Below are positions 41,290 to 55,625 of a stretch of 64,000 nucleotides of DNA, piece after piece. The position numbers and the translations under genes were made by a program. Source of the stretch: the human T2T-CHM13v2.0 reference genome, Homo sapiens; NCBI RefSeq assembly GCF_009914755.1, contig NC_060928.1. One strand, written 5' to 3'. Position 1 is the first letter of the stretch; every line of letters begins with the position of its first letter. The notes below the pieces were generated by a model that made no database searches, was not told the origin of the DNA, and worked only from the letters and a program-made list of their open reading frames with translations.

Positions 41290-42730
41290 ATTGAATGAAA
41301 ATATGTAGAGATAGGGAGTGCCATGACCCAGAAAGCTTCAGAAAGCAATGGAAGTGAGAGTGACCTAGAATTGGGATGAGGTGGGGCTTGAAACAAGCCT
41401 TGAAGAAATGGGAGTATTTGGTGAGAAGTGACAATGGAGCATGTGTCCTCTTTTAGGGAACAGTGACCAAAGACATAAAAGCATTTTCGAGTATGGCTAA
41501 TACAGCAGTTTGGCTAGCATGGCATGTCATAGGAGATGAATCTAAAAAGTAGGTTAGGATTTGCTTGTGGCTGGCCATGATTATCCGTTTACACATCTTT
41601 GTCCTCTGGATTTTGGGAAGCCATGAAAGATGTTTGGGCAGGGTAGTGATATTATCATCTAGGAAGACTCACTCACTGGAAATGTACAGGACAGACTGGC
41701 TGAGGATAGAAGGCCGGAGGCAGATAAACTGGTTAGAAGACAGGGATAGAATGCCCGAGGCAGAGAAACTGGTTAGAAGACAGTTGCTGTAATCTAGGTG
41801 TGTGTATTAAGGTCCTGATTAGGGTGAAGGCAACGAGAAAAGTGGAGATACTGGGAAGAAATTACTTAGAGAATTAGGAAATTAAACAGGTATGAGGGAA
41901 GCATTAAAAACTTACTCTAGAATTTCAGGTTTGAAGACTAGGAGAAAAAGAGCAGCCAGGAGAAGAATCTGAGGTTTTGTGAGTATGTGATGGGTTTTTA
42001 CATATGGTGTTTGAAATAGCTGCAGTTCATTTCCTTGAAAACGTCACGTATGCAGTTTGGGATGCAGGATTGGAGTTCCAGCGACAGTCCTGGCTAGAAA
42101 TGTACATTTGAGAGCCACGTTAATTGAGTGCTAGTTGAAGCCTTGGAAATGAATAAAATTACTCAACAATGACTAGATTTTGGCTAGTACTCTTATTTAT
42201 GAGATGAGGGAGAAAAAGGAGAAAGCAAGGAAAGATGAGTAAGGTACAACCCAGGTGAAGATTGTTTTATAAAAGCAAAGGGGAGACAGTGGAAGAAAGG
42301 AGGATGACACCAGCAAAGAACACAGATCTACAGAGAAGTTCACAGTAAAGCAAATGAAGCCTGAGAACAGCCTGCTGGGTTTGTAAACTGAAAGACCATA
42401 GTTGGCTTTTGAAAGCATGGGGCCTGATGCCACATTACAAGTTGTTGAGGAGACAATGTGTCATGTGAAAGCAGAGGGGGATACAGTAAAAACTTGTGAA
42501 TTTTTGTGCTAAATGGAAGGAGAAAAATGGGGGTGGGCAGGATACCCAGTTTGTGTGAAGGACATCAGATGGGGCAGGGATGTTACTGTTAAAAGGCAGA
42601 GAATCGAAAGCCAGGAGAAGTGAAGGACTGAAAGCGTTAGAGAAAGAGGCATGGGGTTGAGAAAGCAGGAATGAATAAATGACTGTTTCCTGCATATGAG
42701 TAACTGAATGAATGTGATGTTTGAGGTGAC
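41290..42730 (-). mobile_element. L2 LINE, long decayed fragment
   Basis: L2-like gggaagccatgaaagatgtttgggcagg, ttagaagacagttgctgtaatctagg, ggctagaaatgtacatttgagagcc. Confidence 0.7.
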
Positions 42731-42828
42731 TATTGAAATTTGGCAGGGCATGTCCTTGCAGGGGTGCATGTGTGTATATTTTAGTAAAAGCATATTAAAT
42801 TCATATTAAAGTCAAGCAAATTATTTGC

Positions 42829-43145
<317 letters not shown>

Positions 43146-43839
43146 TAAAATTCAACTGAGATGGTAGCACAAATCACTGTGGAATGTTTAATGATAGGTG
43201 GAGCAGGTTTCCTAAGCTTTGAAGAGAGTTAAGACATCATTTGTACCTACAGATGCCAGTTCTTAGTGCCTTGTGACAATGGCAAGTCTGATGTGTCCTT
43301 AGGCTGCAAACAGAATCTGAGTGAGTGGACGACCCTCAAAGGCAAAAATTTCATTTGTAAGTGATTTTGTCTTTTGGGTGAGATAAGATGGAAGGACAGA
43401 ACATCATGTTGAATCTCAGTTTGCTTTTTTGGTTCTCTTATGCTCCCCTACTTTCTTATGCGTACCTCACTGTGTGGTGATGGTCCATTTCCTTGCCAAT
43501 CTGATCTCCCCCAAATAACTGTGAGCTCCTCAAAACCTAAGTCACTCATCTCTGAATCAGAATACCTTATATGTTCCTGGCACATAATAAGCAATCAATA
43601 TTGCCTGCTAAATAAATTAGGGAGGGAGTGTGTGTTTGGGGGTTAGCTCTGGAGAGGAGGCGAGCCCCGCCTTCCTGCAAGGCAGGAGAAGAGAGGGTTG
43701 TAGAGATATAATTTTAAAAACTCGAATCAAAGGAAGAGGCTATTCAGGCAAGATGATTTCTATTTCTTTAATAAAGTAGTATCCAAGCAGATTTTCTGAG
43801 TAGGAGAGATAGCAGGGCCTGAAGAAAGCTGTTGAATGT

Positions 43840-44030
43840 CTTCTATGAGCAGGGTACTGAATAGGCACTTTGCATACACTTCCTTGAAACCCACAATGAA
43901 GCACTAGGAAGTTGTTATGATTATTCCCATTTTGCTGATAAGAAAACCGAGGCTGAAATAGCTATACACTTATTTATAAGCCCATGTTAAAATTCAAGTC
44001 TCTTGACTACAAAACCTACTTCCTTCCGTA
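43840..44030. mobile_element. MIR
   Basis: ttattcccattttgctgataagaaaaccgaggct core. Confidence 0.65.
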
Positions 44031-44516
44031 TGCCCCATTATTAGAGTAGTTGTAGGAAGTGTGTAGAGGATTTGAGAGATGAAGACAAATATTTAGCAGC
44101 AGCAAGGGTCAAGTGAAGGTGAGTGAGCTTCATCTTGCTTAAACCCGAGGTAGTATGTTCTACAACTCTGAGAAGAATAGAGCAAGCAAAAACAGTGGAA
44201 ATCCAGGCTTTGTGCCTGATACGATAGAAGAAGATTAAGTGAGGAGGGTATAACCAAGGACAATTGCATTGATGGGGATATTCATTAATTATTTCGGGTT
44301 GCTAAATCTAGTCTCTTTAACAAGATTGGAAGCCTCTCCTTGTGCCTTACAAAGTATTAAGGACTCATTCAACACTTAATGACTGCTTGTGAAATGGTCA
44401 ACACAAAACAATGTGGGAACTGATATTAAAATGGAGATTTGTGCTAACTAAATCCAACATTGTTTTGGTGTTGATGCACTTTACCTATTAAGATGCTACT
44501 AAGCCAAAGGAAGATT

Positions 44517-44549
44517 TAATTAATAATAATAATAATAATAATAATGATA
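44517..44549. repeat. (TAA)n microsatellite
   Basis: taataataat... Confidence 0.9.
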
Positions 44550-44714
44550 AGGCTCTTTGTGAAGGAAAATCTGGCTTAATAGACATGCTTGGATCCAACC
44601 AACTGCAGGAAATCAAATAGCCAGTCTTTGGTGAAACAAGACTTTTGGCTGATTTGCTCCCTTATATTGTGTTGCTCTAGGAAGGAAGATAATAATTATG
44701 AGTATTTTGGAGAA

Positions 44715-44955
44715 CAGTACTTATTTGCGTCAGGCAGTGTTCTAAGTACTTCACATGCTCTAGTTCATTTAATCCTCATAAGGACCCTAGAAGTAAGTGC
44801 TGTATTATCATGATTCCTGTTGTACAGATAAGGAACTGAGGACAAAAGAAGTTAAGTATTGTAGCATGCCCAAGAGCAACAGCAAATTAGTGGCAAATTT
44901 AGAATGTACACTTGATGGTCAGCTTGTAAGTCCACATTCCTAACTACTTTGCCAT
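44715..44955. mobile_element. MIR
   Basis: catttaatcctcata...tacagataaggaactgaggac...gttaagt. Confidence 0.7.
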
Positions 44956-45984
44956 TCTCCAAATTCTGACATTTTTGATGTTATGGTATAGGTAGCTTCT
45001 TAGTGTTTGATGAGAAATATGAGCAACCCTTAACAAATCTGAAGTGCATCCATTCTTGGTGGTCAGATAAATTTCCTTTTATTCTACACCTGTCCTGTCA
45101 ATTGTGTTCAGAAGGAAATCCTCTTTCTTACTCATTTATGTGACATTTGTACCTCAGTGATTCTTTGGCAAAAATGTTCAAAACCTAAAGAAAACTACGA
45201 TGACAAAGGCTGCCTTCATATGTCTTTCCATAAACAACAGCGAGGCTAAGTCTGCGCATTGTCAGATTTCCCCTCTTTCAGCTTTGACCAGTTTCCCCTC
45301 ATTTGGCTTTAGAAATGGCATTGGTGAAATCTTTTAAAAAGGAATTTAATCTGCTGACCATTGTAAAATAATTCCTTATCAAAAGAATAATGAAGCATGT
45401 CATGTTTACCTAGGACTTAAATTGGAAGAGATATTACCGTTGGATTATCTTCACATTTGTATACTCAAAGAACAGAAGACACGCTGGAGTAGTTCTGAAG
45501 GAGCGATACTGTCTCATGTTTAGTTTCTCACATCAATAAGTACAGACTAACAAATAACTCTTGATGGCTTCTTCCTGTCTTCAGTGTATTATTCAGAGAT
45601 GACTAAGAGAGACTTAGATTCAGTATGGAACATTAATGTAAAGTTTGTATTTTGTCATGATAATCTGTGAAAGTCTGCCTTTATAGACTGGACTGTAGGA
45701 GGCATAATATTAATAAAATTTTTTGTGAAAGAATAATTCTCTAAGACTTTTAAAAGCTATAGTTTACATTTTATCAAATGTTCTTAAATACCTAAGCCAG
45801 TGTTCAAAATTCAGTTCATTCTCATTTAAGGACACTGATTTTAATTGCTCACACTAACTTACAGAATGACTGATACATATGAAAACTTATATCAGTTGGA
45901 AGTTGCTTGTTGAGTTTCCAAACCAGAGCATTATGTCTGGCATATATAAGGATTTGGTCAGCTGTTATCTAGTTAAGAATTTAT

Positions 45985-46300
45985 GCTGGGCCTGGTGGCT
46001 CATGCCTATAATTCCAGCACTTCAGGAGGCCAAGGCGGGCAGATCACTTGAGGCCGGGAGTTCTAGACCAGCCTGGCCAACATGGCAAGACCCCATCTCT
46101 ACAAAAAAATTTTTAAAAAAATTGTTGGGCATAGTGGTGTGAGAGTGCCTGCAGTCCCAGCTACTTAGGAGGCTGAGGTGGGAGGATAGCTTGAGCCTGG
46201 GAGGTCAAGGCTGCAGTGAGCTATGATTATGCCACTGCACTCCAACCTGGGTGACAGCAGTAAGACCCTGTCTCCAAAAAGAAAAAAAGAAAAAAAAAAA
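45985..46300 (+). mobile_element. AluJ
   Basis: Sense dimer; TSD agaatttat. Confidence 0.88.
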
Positions 46301-47569
46301 GAGAGAGAATTTATAACGCCCATAAAATTAAATCCTGTTGGCCAGATTATTGCCCAACAAAAAGTATATTTTAAAGACCCTTTAACATCTCTTGTTTTGT
46401 ATTGGTAAGTTTGTACCCTTCTAGAGGAATAGTATAGGACAGATCCTTGTAATGATACAAATATACCAGTCAGTAAGCCCACATGTGCACATATGTTGCT
46501 ATACTTCCAGTAGGTAGATGTACACGTGCATAATTATCTCATTCTACATTGTTAATGCATACATTTATCATTTTTATTTGCTCATGTACTTATAATCTCA
46601 AAGTAGAATCAATATACTACATCTACATGCTAAAGTTTTGTAATGAGCATTGTGAAGTTTAACATGTATTTAAAATTTTTGCTTTAAAATTTCTAAAAAC
46701 ACAAAATGTTTCACAAATTGAGCTAGGTAATAGATGGATAAAATAAACATTGAGTTGCCTGACAAGTAGGAATTCCCCACCTCAAGTTTCTGAATTTTAT
46801 ACTAGAATTATTTTAAACATATGTGGTTATAAGCTTATCAGATTTCCAAAAATGAACCTTCTATAAAAATCACACTGGGCCCCTCAGCTGTGATTTCTTC
46901 CATTATTTATAGACAAATTGAAAACAAATGTTTTTTTCAAAAAAATACAATGAACTGAAAACAGCTGTCAGGATGTACTTTTTCTCTAGAATTCATCTGT
47001 AATACAGAAGTGTAGTAAACCAGCACTTAAGTCTCCGGAAATCGTGCCATATTTAGTGGTTGTTTTAGCATTAATTCAGAGATATAAGTATTGATGCTTG
47101 CTGCAACAAGACCTGAATATCTCATTTAACTCAGTGAAGATTATGATTCAAGCAAGTGACATGGGGCCAAATGCAAATATTACATTTTGGAGTGTCTTAG
47201 TTGCAAATATATTTTACAAAGGACAGACTTTTTGAAAATTCATTTGAAGTGTTTTAATGAATATTATAGAGATGATTCTGGACATTTCTCTCCATGGCTA
47301 CTGAAGCCTGGAGTGAATGCCTGACCACTATACAAGATCATAGAAAAGGCAATGAGCAGAAAAGCTCAGAAAATATGTGCCTCAGAAAATATACGCATAA
47401 AATGTAGCATGGCTTATCTATCTGTTGTAAACAAATATTTATTTTATTTAATAAAAACATTTCTCTTAATTTAGTAAAGGTATATTAAATTAACAAGAAC
47501 TTATTTTAAAATTGAACATTTAATTTATGAAGACACTATGAACTTTCTCTAACCTAAAATAAAATCATT

Positions 47570-48530
<961 letters not shown>

Positions 48531-48843
48531 TATAAAAATTAGCTTACTTGAGAAAGATTGATTTCTGGGGACCATAAACTCTTCTTAGATAAATGCTGTC
48601 ATAGAAAAAATATGCTAAAACCACTGGGTGTTATTAAATATCGGTTGAATGATCTCTGACTGAATGAAAGAATACAACTGGTGTGTTGAATTACTTTAGA
48701 TTTTGGTTTCAAATTCCATGGTAATGGATATGAAAAAATAAGCAGGGTCACTGACTAAGTCTTTTAGTGACCAAGTTTATTGTACTGTATACCTCATTTT
48801 GTTGTGCTATGAGTTTCAAAGGATTTCTTTTGTTTTGTGTGAT

Positions 48844-49159
48844 TTTTTGTTGTTGTTGTTGTTGGTTGTTTTTTTTGAGACACTGTTTGGCTCTTGTCGC
48901 CCAGGCTGAAGTGCAGTGGCACAGATCTCTGCTCACTGCAACCTCTGCCTTCTGGGTTCAAGTGATTCTCCTGCCTCAGCCTCCCGAGTAGCTGGGATTA
49001 CAGATGCCCGCCACCATGCCCAGCTAAATTTTGTATTTTTAGTAGAGACAGGGTTCACCATGTTGGCCAGGCTGGTCTTGAACTCCTGACCTCGGGTGAT
49101 CTTCCCGCCTTGGCCTTCCAAAGTGCTGGGATTACAGGCGTGAGCCACTGTGCCCGGCT
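48844..49159 (-). mobile_element. AluS
   Basis: Antisense dimer with (TTG)n tail. Confidence 0.9.
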
Positions 49160-49714
49160 GGATTTTTCTTTTGAAGGCTCACTCAGTTGGTCATCAATCT
49201 TGAAAAAGCCTAGTAGCTCACAGATTTCTCTCCAGGGGAAATGGGTAATTTTTTTCTTATGGTCACAACTTCTTTACAATTTTATTAAAGTTTTCACCTA
49301 TAACGTATTTCATGAGAGCACATTTTAAGTATTTTAAATTACTTTGGAATTGCCAATTGAGGAACCCAAAGTCTTTTACTATACTCTCTTCCCCTAAAAA
49401 ATATACAGACAGTGTTGTTCCTATTACAAGATGCAAGAAGTGAAGCTCTTCACCTAGCTTCCTTCTTTATCTTTGTTTTACCAATTGCTTCATGCTCAGC
49501 TATCTCCTCCCCATGTCTTTCCTGTTTTTTTATTTGTGATAAAATTGCTTATAAAGATTCAAGTGCATTAAACAATATTTTATGCTTTTTATGAAATCAG
49601 CTTAAAGTGAGTGATTAAAGGGCTATGAAATGGGAAAAAGTTGTTGGTCTTGACTATGCAATTTTATTTTATTTTTCTTGACTGGATGAGCAGATCATGA
49701 TGACATGGTCTCTT

Positions 49715-49890
49715 CTAAAACTTGCTACACAAAATATGATCTATAGACTAGCAGTGTCAGCATCATCTGGGACCTTTTCGAAGTGCAGAATCTTAGGTCA
49801 CAACCCAGATGTAATGAATGGTAGGCCTCAGTTTACCAAGAGCCCCATGTCTTCTGTATGCCCATAAAAGTTGAGGAACACGGATTAAAC
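49715..49890. mobile_element. MER5A hAT DNA transposon
   Basis: cagcatcatctgggacc...tgcagaatcttagg...aaaagttgaggaacac. Confidence 0.65.
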
Positions 49891-50199
49891 TTCAAAGCTA
49901 TTCTAAAACAGGTGTTCCTGAGGACTCTAGAGGATCCGGTGACCTAAATTGCCATCAGCTGTCTCACTACTAGGATCAATTTTGAGAAAAATAAAAATAA
50001 TGGCTGTTGTGCCTTGTAATACCTTACTTTCTGATTATTTGCTACAATTTTTTCCATTTGAAGACTCCCCAGTCTTTTTAGTTCTTTTTTTTCACCTTCA
50101 TTGATTGTTTTTATTGTTTATCCTAATCTTGGTGTTGTGTTTTTCCTAGAAACACTTGTCTTGGATTTTCTCATTATCTGCCCACATAATTACCCAATT

Positions 50200-50650
50200 T
50201 TTTCCCCATTGTAGTCATGGAATATGTGCTTTAAGACTTAAATCCTTTGAAATTTATTGAGTCATATTTATGGCTCAGCATATGGCCTATCTGGGTGACC
50301 ATTCTATGTGGACTGGAAAACAAATATGTTTAACAGTTGTTGGGTGTGGCGTTTAGTAAACATCAATTAAGTTAATTTGATCAGTTGTATATTTAGATCG
50401 TTTTTATGTATCATGATTTTTTATACTTGTTCTATAAGTACACTGAGAGAGGGGTATGAATTTGTCCCCCTTTGAGTCTTTGCTTCATGAATTTTGATGT
50501 TCTGTTATTAGGTACAAACATTTAGGATGGTTGTCTTTCTGACAGATTTCTTCTTTTATTATTACATATAATGTCTTTATTTCTTATAATACTCTTTTAG
50601 TAGAAATCTCCTTGGTCTGAAATTAACATAGCCACTCTAGCTATGTTTTT
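50200..50650 (-). mobile_element. Old L1M fragment
   Basis: tttgaaatttattgag...atggctcagcatatggcctatc; tctgttattaggtacaaacatttaggat. Confidence 0.65.
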
Positions 50651-51084
50651 TTTCTTAAGTTTAGTTGAAATCTTCCAAATTTAAATCCATGTCTTCTTGT
50701 CTGGTCTTTAAAGTTATGAATAAGAATATTTTTCAACACTCTTTTCCTTAGAGAAAAATATGGAGAAACTATTAAAATCACATTAGCCATCTCTTTTATA
50801 AGACTAATAACTTTATTTTACTCTTTTCTTATGATTTAACATTTTACCAATTTTTAAATGTTATTTTCTCCCTTGAAACTGTACTGCTAACTGTACCTTA
50901 AGAAGCATCAGGAGGAACCTGCAGCAGAAATTTCCGCTGTTTGTCATGAACCCCTTTCCCTTCTTATTCCCTCACATTTATTTCTCACCTTTGATGCAGT
51001 ATTAAAGACTCTAAGGGGATCCCTGTAATAGCTGCAGTTTTTTTGTTTATCTTGGATGATTTAACTGTCAGAGAGAGATGGGAC

Positions 51085-51310
51085 ATATTTATATATGCCA
51101 GGAGCATGCCATGTGGTAGCACTGTCCAAGGTGCTTGACGTGTATTACTTCATAGAATTCTACAAAAACCCTGCCAAGCGGTGATCATTGTTCTCATATT
51201 AAGAAAAGGAGATTGAGACTTATACAAGTTAAAGAATTTGTCAAAGTCAAATAGTGTGTATACGTTAGCTGGATTCAACTCCAGATCTCCCTGAGCTCTT
51301 TCTGCTACAC
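51085..51310. mobile_element. MIR
   Basis: MIR-like gcactgtccaaggtgctt...gagattgagactta...gttaaagaatttgtcaaagtca. Confidence 0.55.
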
Positions 51311-51877
51311 AATGTAGTTTTGTTTAACTCTTCTAAAAGAATAAAAGCTCAGTTGATTCTTTCTTAGCTTGATCAGGCATATTAGAATTAGCATTTTTAG
51401 CATGTCATTAATGCTTTCACTTCAGCAGTATTTACTTTTCATTAACTCTCAGAGCAATGACAGTCTTCTGTTTGTATGTCACGGTGGTTACATAGAATTC
51501 TGAGGTTCACATAGAGTAACCTACATATGTTCACCTTTCATGGCAAATGGAAAAATACTGATCAACCAGTAGGATCTGAAATACGACTTCTAAACAGCCT
51601 GACTGCTGATCCACCAGGAAAGCCATGACCAGTTTCAAGGTAGGGGTGTCACAGATACTAAAGCTATAGAATCCCCCTAATTTTTCAGAAGGGGTCATGG
51701 TGGTGGGGATAGCAGTGAAGAGTGGGGTCCCTTCCAGGCCACAACACCTGTTCCTTTTCTCTTTTTAATAATTGAGGATGACACTAAAGCTGCAGAAAAA
51801 GTACCTTAAAAACTATGTTTTTAAAACTTATTGTGAAATGATTAGGCATATAGAAAAGCATAGATAATATAATAAAT

Positions 51878-52101
51878 CAGGGGTATACAGTCTTTTGACT
51901 CCCCTGGGGTACATTGGAAGAAGAATTATCCTGGGCCACACATAAAATACACTAACACTAATAATAGCTGATGAGCTAAAAATCAAAACTTCACAAAGAA
52001 AACTCATAATGTTTTAAGAAAGTTTATGAATTTGTGTTTGGCTGCATTCAAAGCCATCCTGGGCTGCATGTGATCCACGGGCTATGGGTTGGACAAGTTT
52101 G
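51878..52101 (+). mobile_element. MER30 hAT DNA transposon
   Basis: caggggt...cattggaagaagaatt...gggttggacaagtttg; 8-bp TSD taataaat/caataaat. Confidence 0.88.
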
Positions 52102-52571
52102 CAATAAATATTGGCATTCCAGAATTTTGCTTAAGAAATGAAACATTAGAAATACAATGGAAACTCTTTCTATATCCACCCCAATCCTATTCTCATCTTC
52201 CCTCTTCCCCAGGGGTGATATGTATTTGAGGTTTATGCATGTTAACAATCATGGCTTCAATTCATTTATTTTCACTTCTGTGTAGAATTCCACTATATGA
52301 ATATACAGTAATTTATTTACCTACTTTCAAATTGATGTGCACTTAGGAGATGGGTGAGGTTGGTGGTGGAATGTGTGATTACATGTGAGTTATTTTCAGG
52401 TCCTGTTTTTGCTTTGGGAGAGAGGTACACAGATGCTTATTACATTTTTTAAAGTAAGTTAATAATTAAATATAAGTTGAACATTCACAGCCCAATGATA
52501 ATATGTGCCATAAACCAATGATCATGATTAATCAAATTAATGCACAACAGATTGATACTAAAAATGGTAAT

Positions 52572-52955
52572 TGTATTAGTTTTCTAGGACTGCTATAACA
52601 AAGTACCACAGACTAGGTGGCTTAAACAACAGACATTTATTTTCTTATGATTCTGGAGGCTAGATGTCTGAGATCAAAATACTGGCAGGGTTGGTTTCTT
52701 CTGAGGCCTCTCGTTGGCTTGTAGATGGCTATGTCTCTTCTATGCATCTTCCCATGGTCTTTCCTCTATGCCTGTGTCCTAATCTCCTCTTCTTATAAGG
52801 ACACCACTGATATTGGATTAGGGCCCACCCCAATCACCTCATTTTAACTTAATTACCTTTCAAAGGCCCTATCTCCAAGTAGAGCCACATTCTGATGTAC
52901 TGGGAGCTGGGACTTCAACATACACATTTTTGGGGACCCATTTCAGCACACAACT
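52572..52955 (-). mobile_element. MLT1 (A/B/C-like) solo LTR
   Basis: tgtattagttttctaggactgctataacaaagtaccacagactaggtggcttaaacaacag. Confidence 0.88.
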
Positions 52956-53158
52956 ATTATAGACAATGCTTCAGTGACATCCCTGTAAAGGTCTCCTTGT
53001 GCAAATAAGGGAAAGTTCCCTGGAGAATCCAGCTAAGTATGGAATTGTCAGGTCATATAACACAATACTATTAAGTGAATGATGATGTTGATAATTACAC
53101 AGTGAAAGTTTGAAGAAATAGCAATAGTAGTAGCTAGCACTTTTAAAGTGATGATAAC

Positions 53159-53556
53159 TGATAGAGTTTGGATATCTCTTCCAAATCTCATGTTGAGATG
53201 TAATCCTCAGTGTTGAAGGTGGGGCCTGGTGGGAGGTGTTTAGATCATGGGAGCAGATCCCTCATGAATGGTCTGGACATCTCCTTGGTGATAAGTGAGC
53301 TCTAGCTCTCACAGCTGGTCATTTAAAGGTATGTTGCACCTGCTCCCACTCTTTCTTGCTCCTGCTTTCGCCATGTGATGTGCCTGCTCCCCCTTTGCCA
53401 TCTGCCATGATTGGAAGCTTCCTGATGCCCCTGAAAGAAACATGCCACTCTGCTTCCTGTACAGCCTGCAGAACCATGAGTCAATTAAACCTGTTTTCTC
53501 ATATATTACCCAGTCTCAGGTATTTCTTTATAGCAATGCAAGAACAGCCTAATACA
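53159..53556 (+). mobile_element. MSTA solo LTR
   Basis: tgatagagtttggat...aacagcctaataca; 5-bp TSD ATAAC (53154-53158, 53557-53561). Confidence 0.9.
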
Positions 53557-53604
53557 ATAACTGTATATTATATAAAATTATATTTAAAGTCTATAACTTT
53601 TTTT

Positions 53605-53760
53605 GAGGTAGGTGTTGCCATTATTCTATTTTACCAATAAGAAAACTGAGGCTCAAGGAAGTTAAGTCATCTTTCCCAGGGCCCCGAGAAACCAGTGATG
53701 AAGCTGAGATTATAGCCTAGAACTGTTGGATTCCAAAGCTCATGTTTTTATACACTATAG
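53605..53760. mobile_element. MIR
   Basis: attttaccaataagaaaactgaggctcaaggaagttaagtca core. Confidence 0.75.
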
Positions 53761-55591
53761 CAGCTTCTATAGTAGCTTTATTTGGAGAATGCATGCATGC
53801 GTGTGTGCACGCACACACACATACACACACTCCCTATTTTTATAAAATGCTGCCCTAGGGCACAATTAGCCACTAGTTGGAAAACTCATTCATCCAGCTG
53901 CACTAGATACTAGATGTGGCTGGAAGATGAATGACAACAGTATGTGAGTACAGCCTAGGAAAAAAGAAGGTCCAAATTCCCAGAAAAACAACTCCCAGAA
54001 AGGCAGCATCTGTATTGACTTACAAAAATAGAAAAGTGGGGAAACCTTGTGGTTTAGAAGCAGAGACATTACATCCTGTGACGTGAAGAAGTGGTGGCTG
54101 ACGTCCTTGTGAACAATGGCCACAGATGCCAGGCCACAGAGAGAACACTGCATGAGGGAAAAACCGTGTGTCACCAGCTGTGAGACGTGCACAGGAAGGA
54201 AGCATGGGGCCAACAACAGCCCGGCCTCTGAGGCTGCTGTGAGGAGTAAAGGATTTGATCAATGCAGGATGCATAAAGTGGCATCTGCACATAGGGAGCG
54301 CTCGGTACAGGTTGTTATTACTGTTGGTATTCTCTTCATGTGGACCATTCTCTCAGACACACAAGACAGAAACAGTAGCCTTTTTGAAGGAGGAGGTAAG
54401 GATTAGATTAACAAGCCCTCCATTTATGGTGGAGGTGCCTGCTCCATTAATCCAATCAACTCAACCTTTAAATAACACTTGTGCAAATATATCCTGGATG
54501 ACACTTGTGAGGGAAATGTGGTAATCTTTCTGGACTTTTACAACACAAAAAATTGGAATGCGTTTTATCACACCAAAGCAAGCTGGAAAGGGTAATTTGG
54601 ATTTCACTTGTGGCATGCTCCATAGTAATTTTCTGTAAACGAAGATCCAATTTTTAGGGTGGGGGCAAATATACAAGGTCCAATGATTTGAAAAGATGTT
54701 TTATTATTTTTTTCTCCATGCCTTCCATCTTTTCAGCCCAATGGGAATTTCTTCCCTTGAACAGTTCTAAAGAATCACAGCATTAGAGATAGGAATTATT
54801 AGGTTATTTAAGCTATCTTTCTGCTGATGAGGAGCTATTCCTGTAGTACAATTTATAATGCTTTTCTGAGTGTGGCTTTGAACAATGTGACTTTTATCAG
54901 ATGAACCGTGGTGGAGATGGAGCCCTCTGTTTGTGTTTAGAACAGGTCTAACCTAGGGAGGAACGAGGAAGACCTCTCAAAGGCTCACCTCCGCACAGCA
55001 GGCCTGATCGGCTGGCTGGAACTCAGAAGGGCAAAAGGGGAGTGAGGCTCCACTTTGATGTGGTTCGCTTGCAGCCCCGTTGCTGTACTGTGGTGTGCAT
55101 ATGTTGGGGGCAGGGCAAGGGTAATAAATACCAGGGACACTTTTGCAATGCGTGCCTGTCAGCTGAGTGCTGGACAAACATTTTTACCACTGGCTATTTC
55201 CCTGAGGCTTCTGACAGTTTGTGCAACTTGTGTAAGACATTCCTGAAAGAGAGGAGCATTTGTTCAACTTATATAACTTCTTTTTACATCATAAGACTAA
55301 AGCAGTCCTTCCGGGCTCATGTCCTGTTGAATGTGATCCAACTGAAACTTCTTTCCTCTGCATACTCAGAAACCTGACTACCTGTGTAAATTCCTCCTGA
55401 TAGCATAGCTTTCTGTTTGCCCTCAGTCCTTCTCTGGCCCTCTCAGACACCCAGGTTCATAATGACATTCCTTCTTCCTCTTGTAATTCTATTGAATTGT
55501 TAACAAAAAAAAAAAGGAGTAATAGCTGTGATCGATTTCTACAATGTGTTCTTAAATTGTGTGTGTGTGTGTGTAAAATGTGTATATTTTT

Positions 55592-55625
55592 GCACTTGAT
55601 CTTAGCCAAAAGGCTGAGAAATGAC
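55592..55625 (-). pseudogene. 3'-truncated (tailless) U2 snRNA retropseudogene, about U2 nt 1-34
   Basis: Reverse complement gtcatttctcagccttttggctaagatcaagtgc vs U2 5' end ATCGCTTCTCGGCCTTTTGGCTAAGATCAAGTGT; degenerate 17-nt TSD. Confidence 0.9.
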
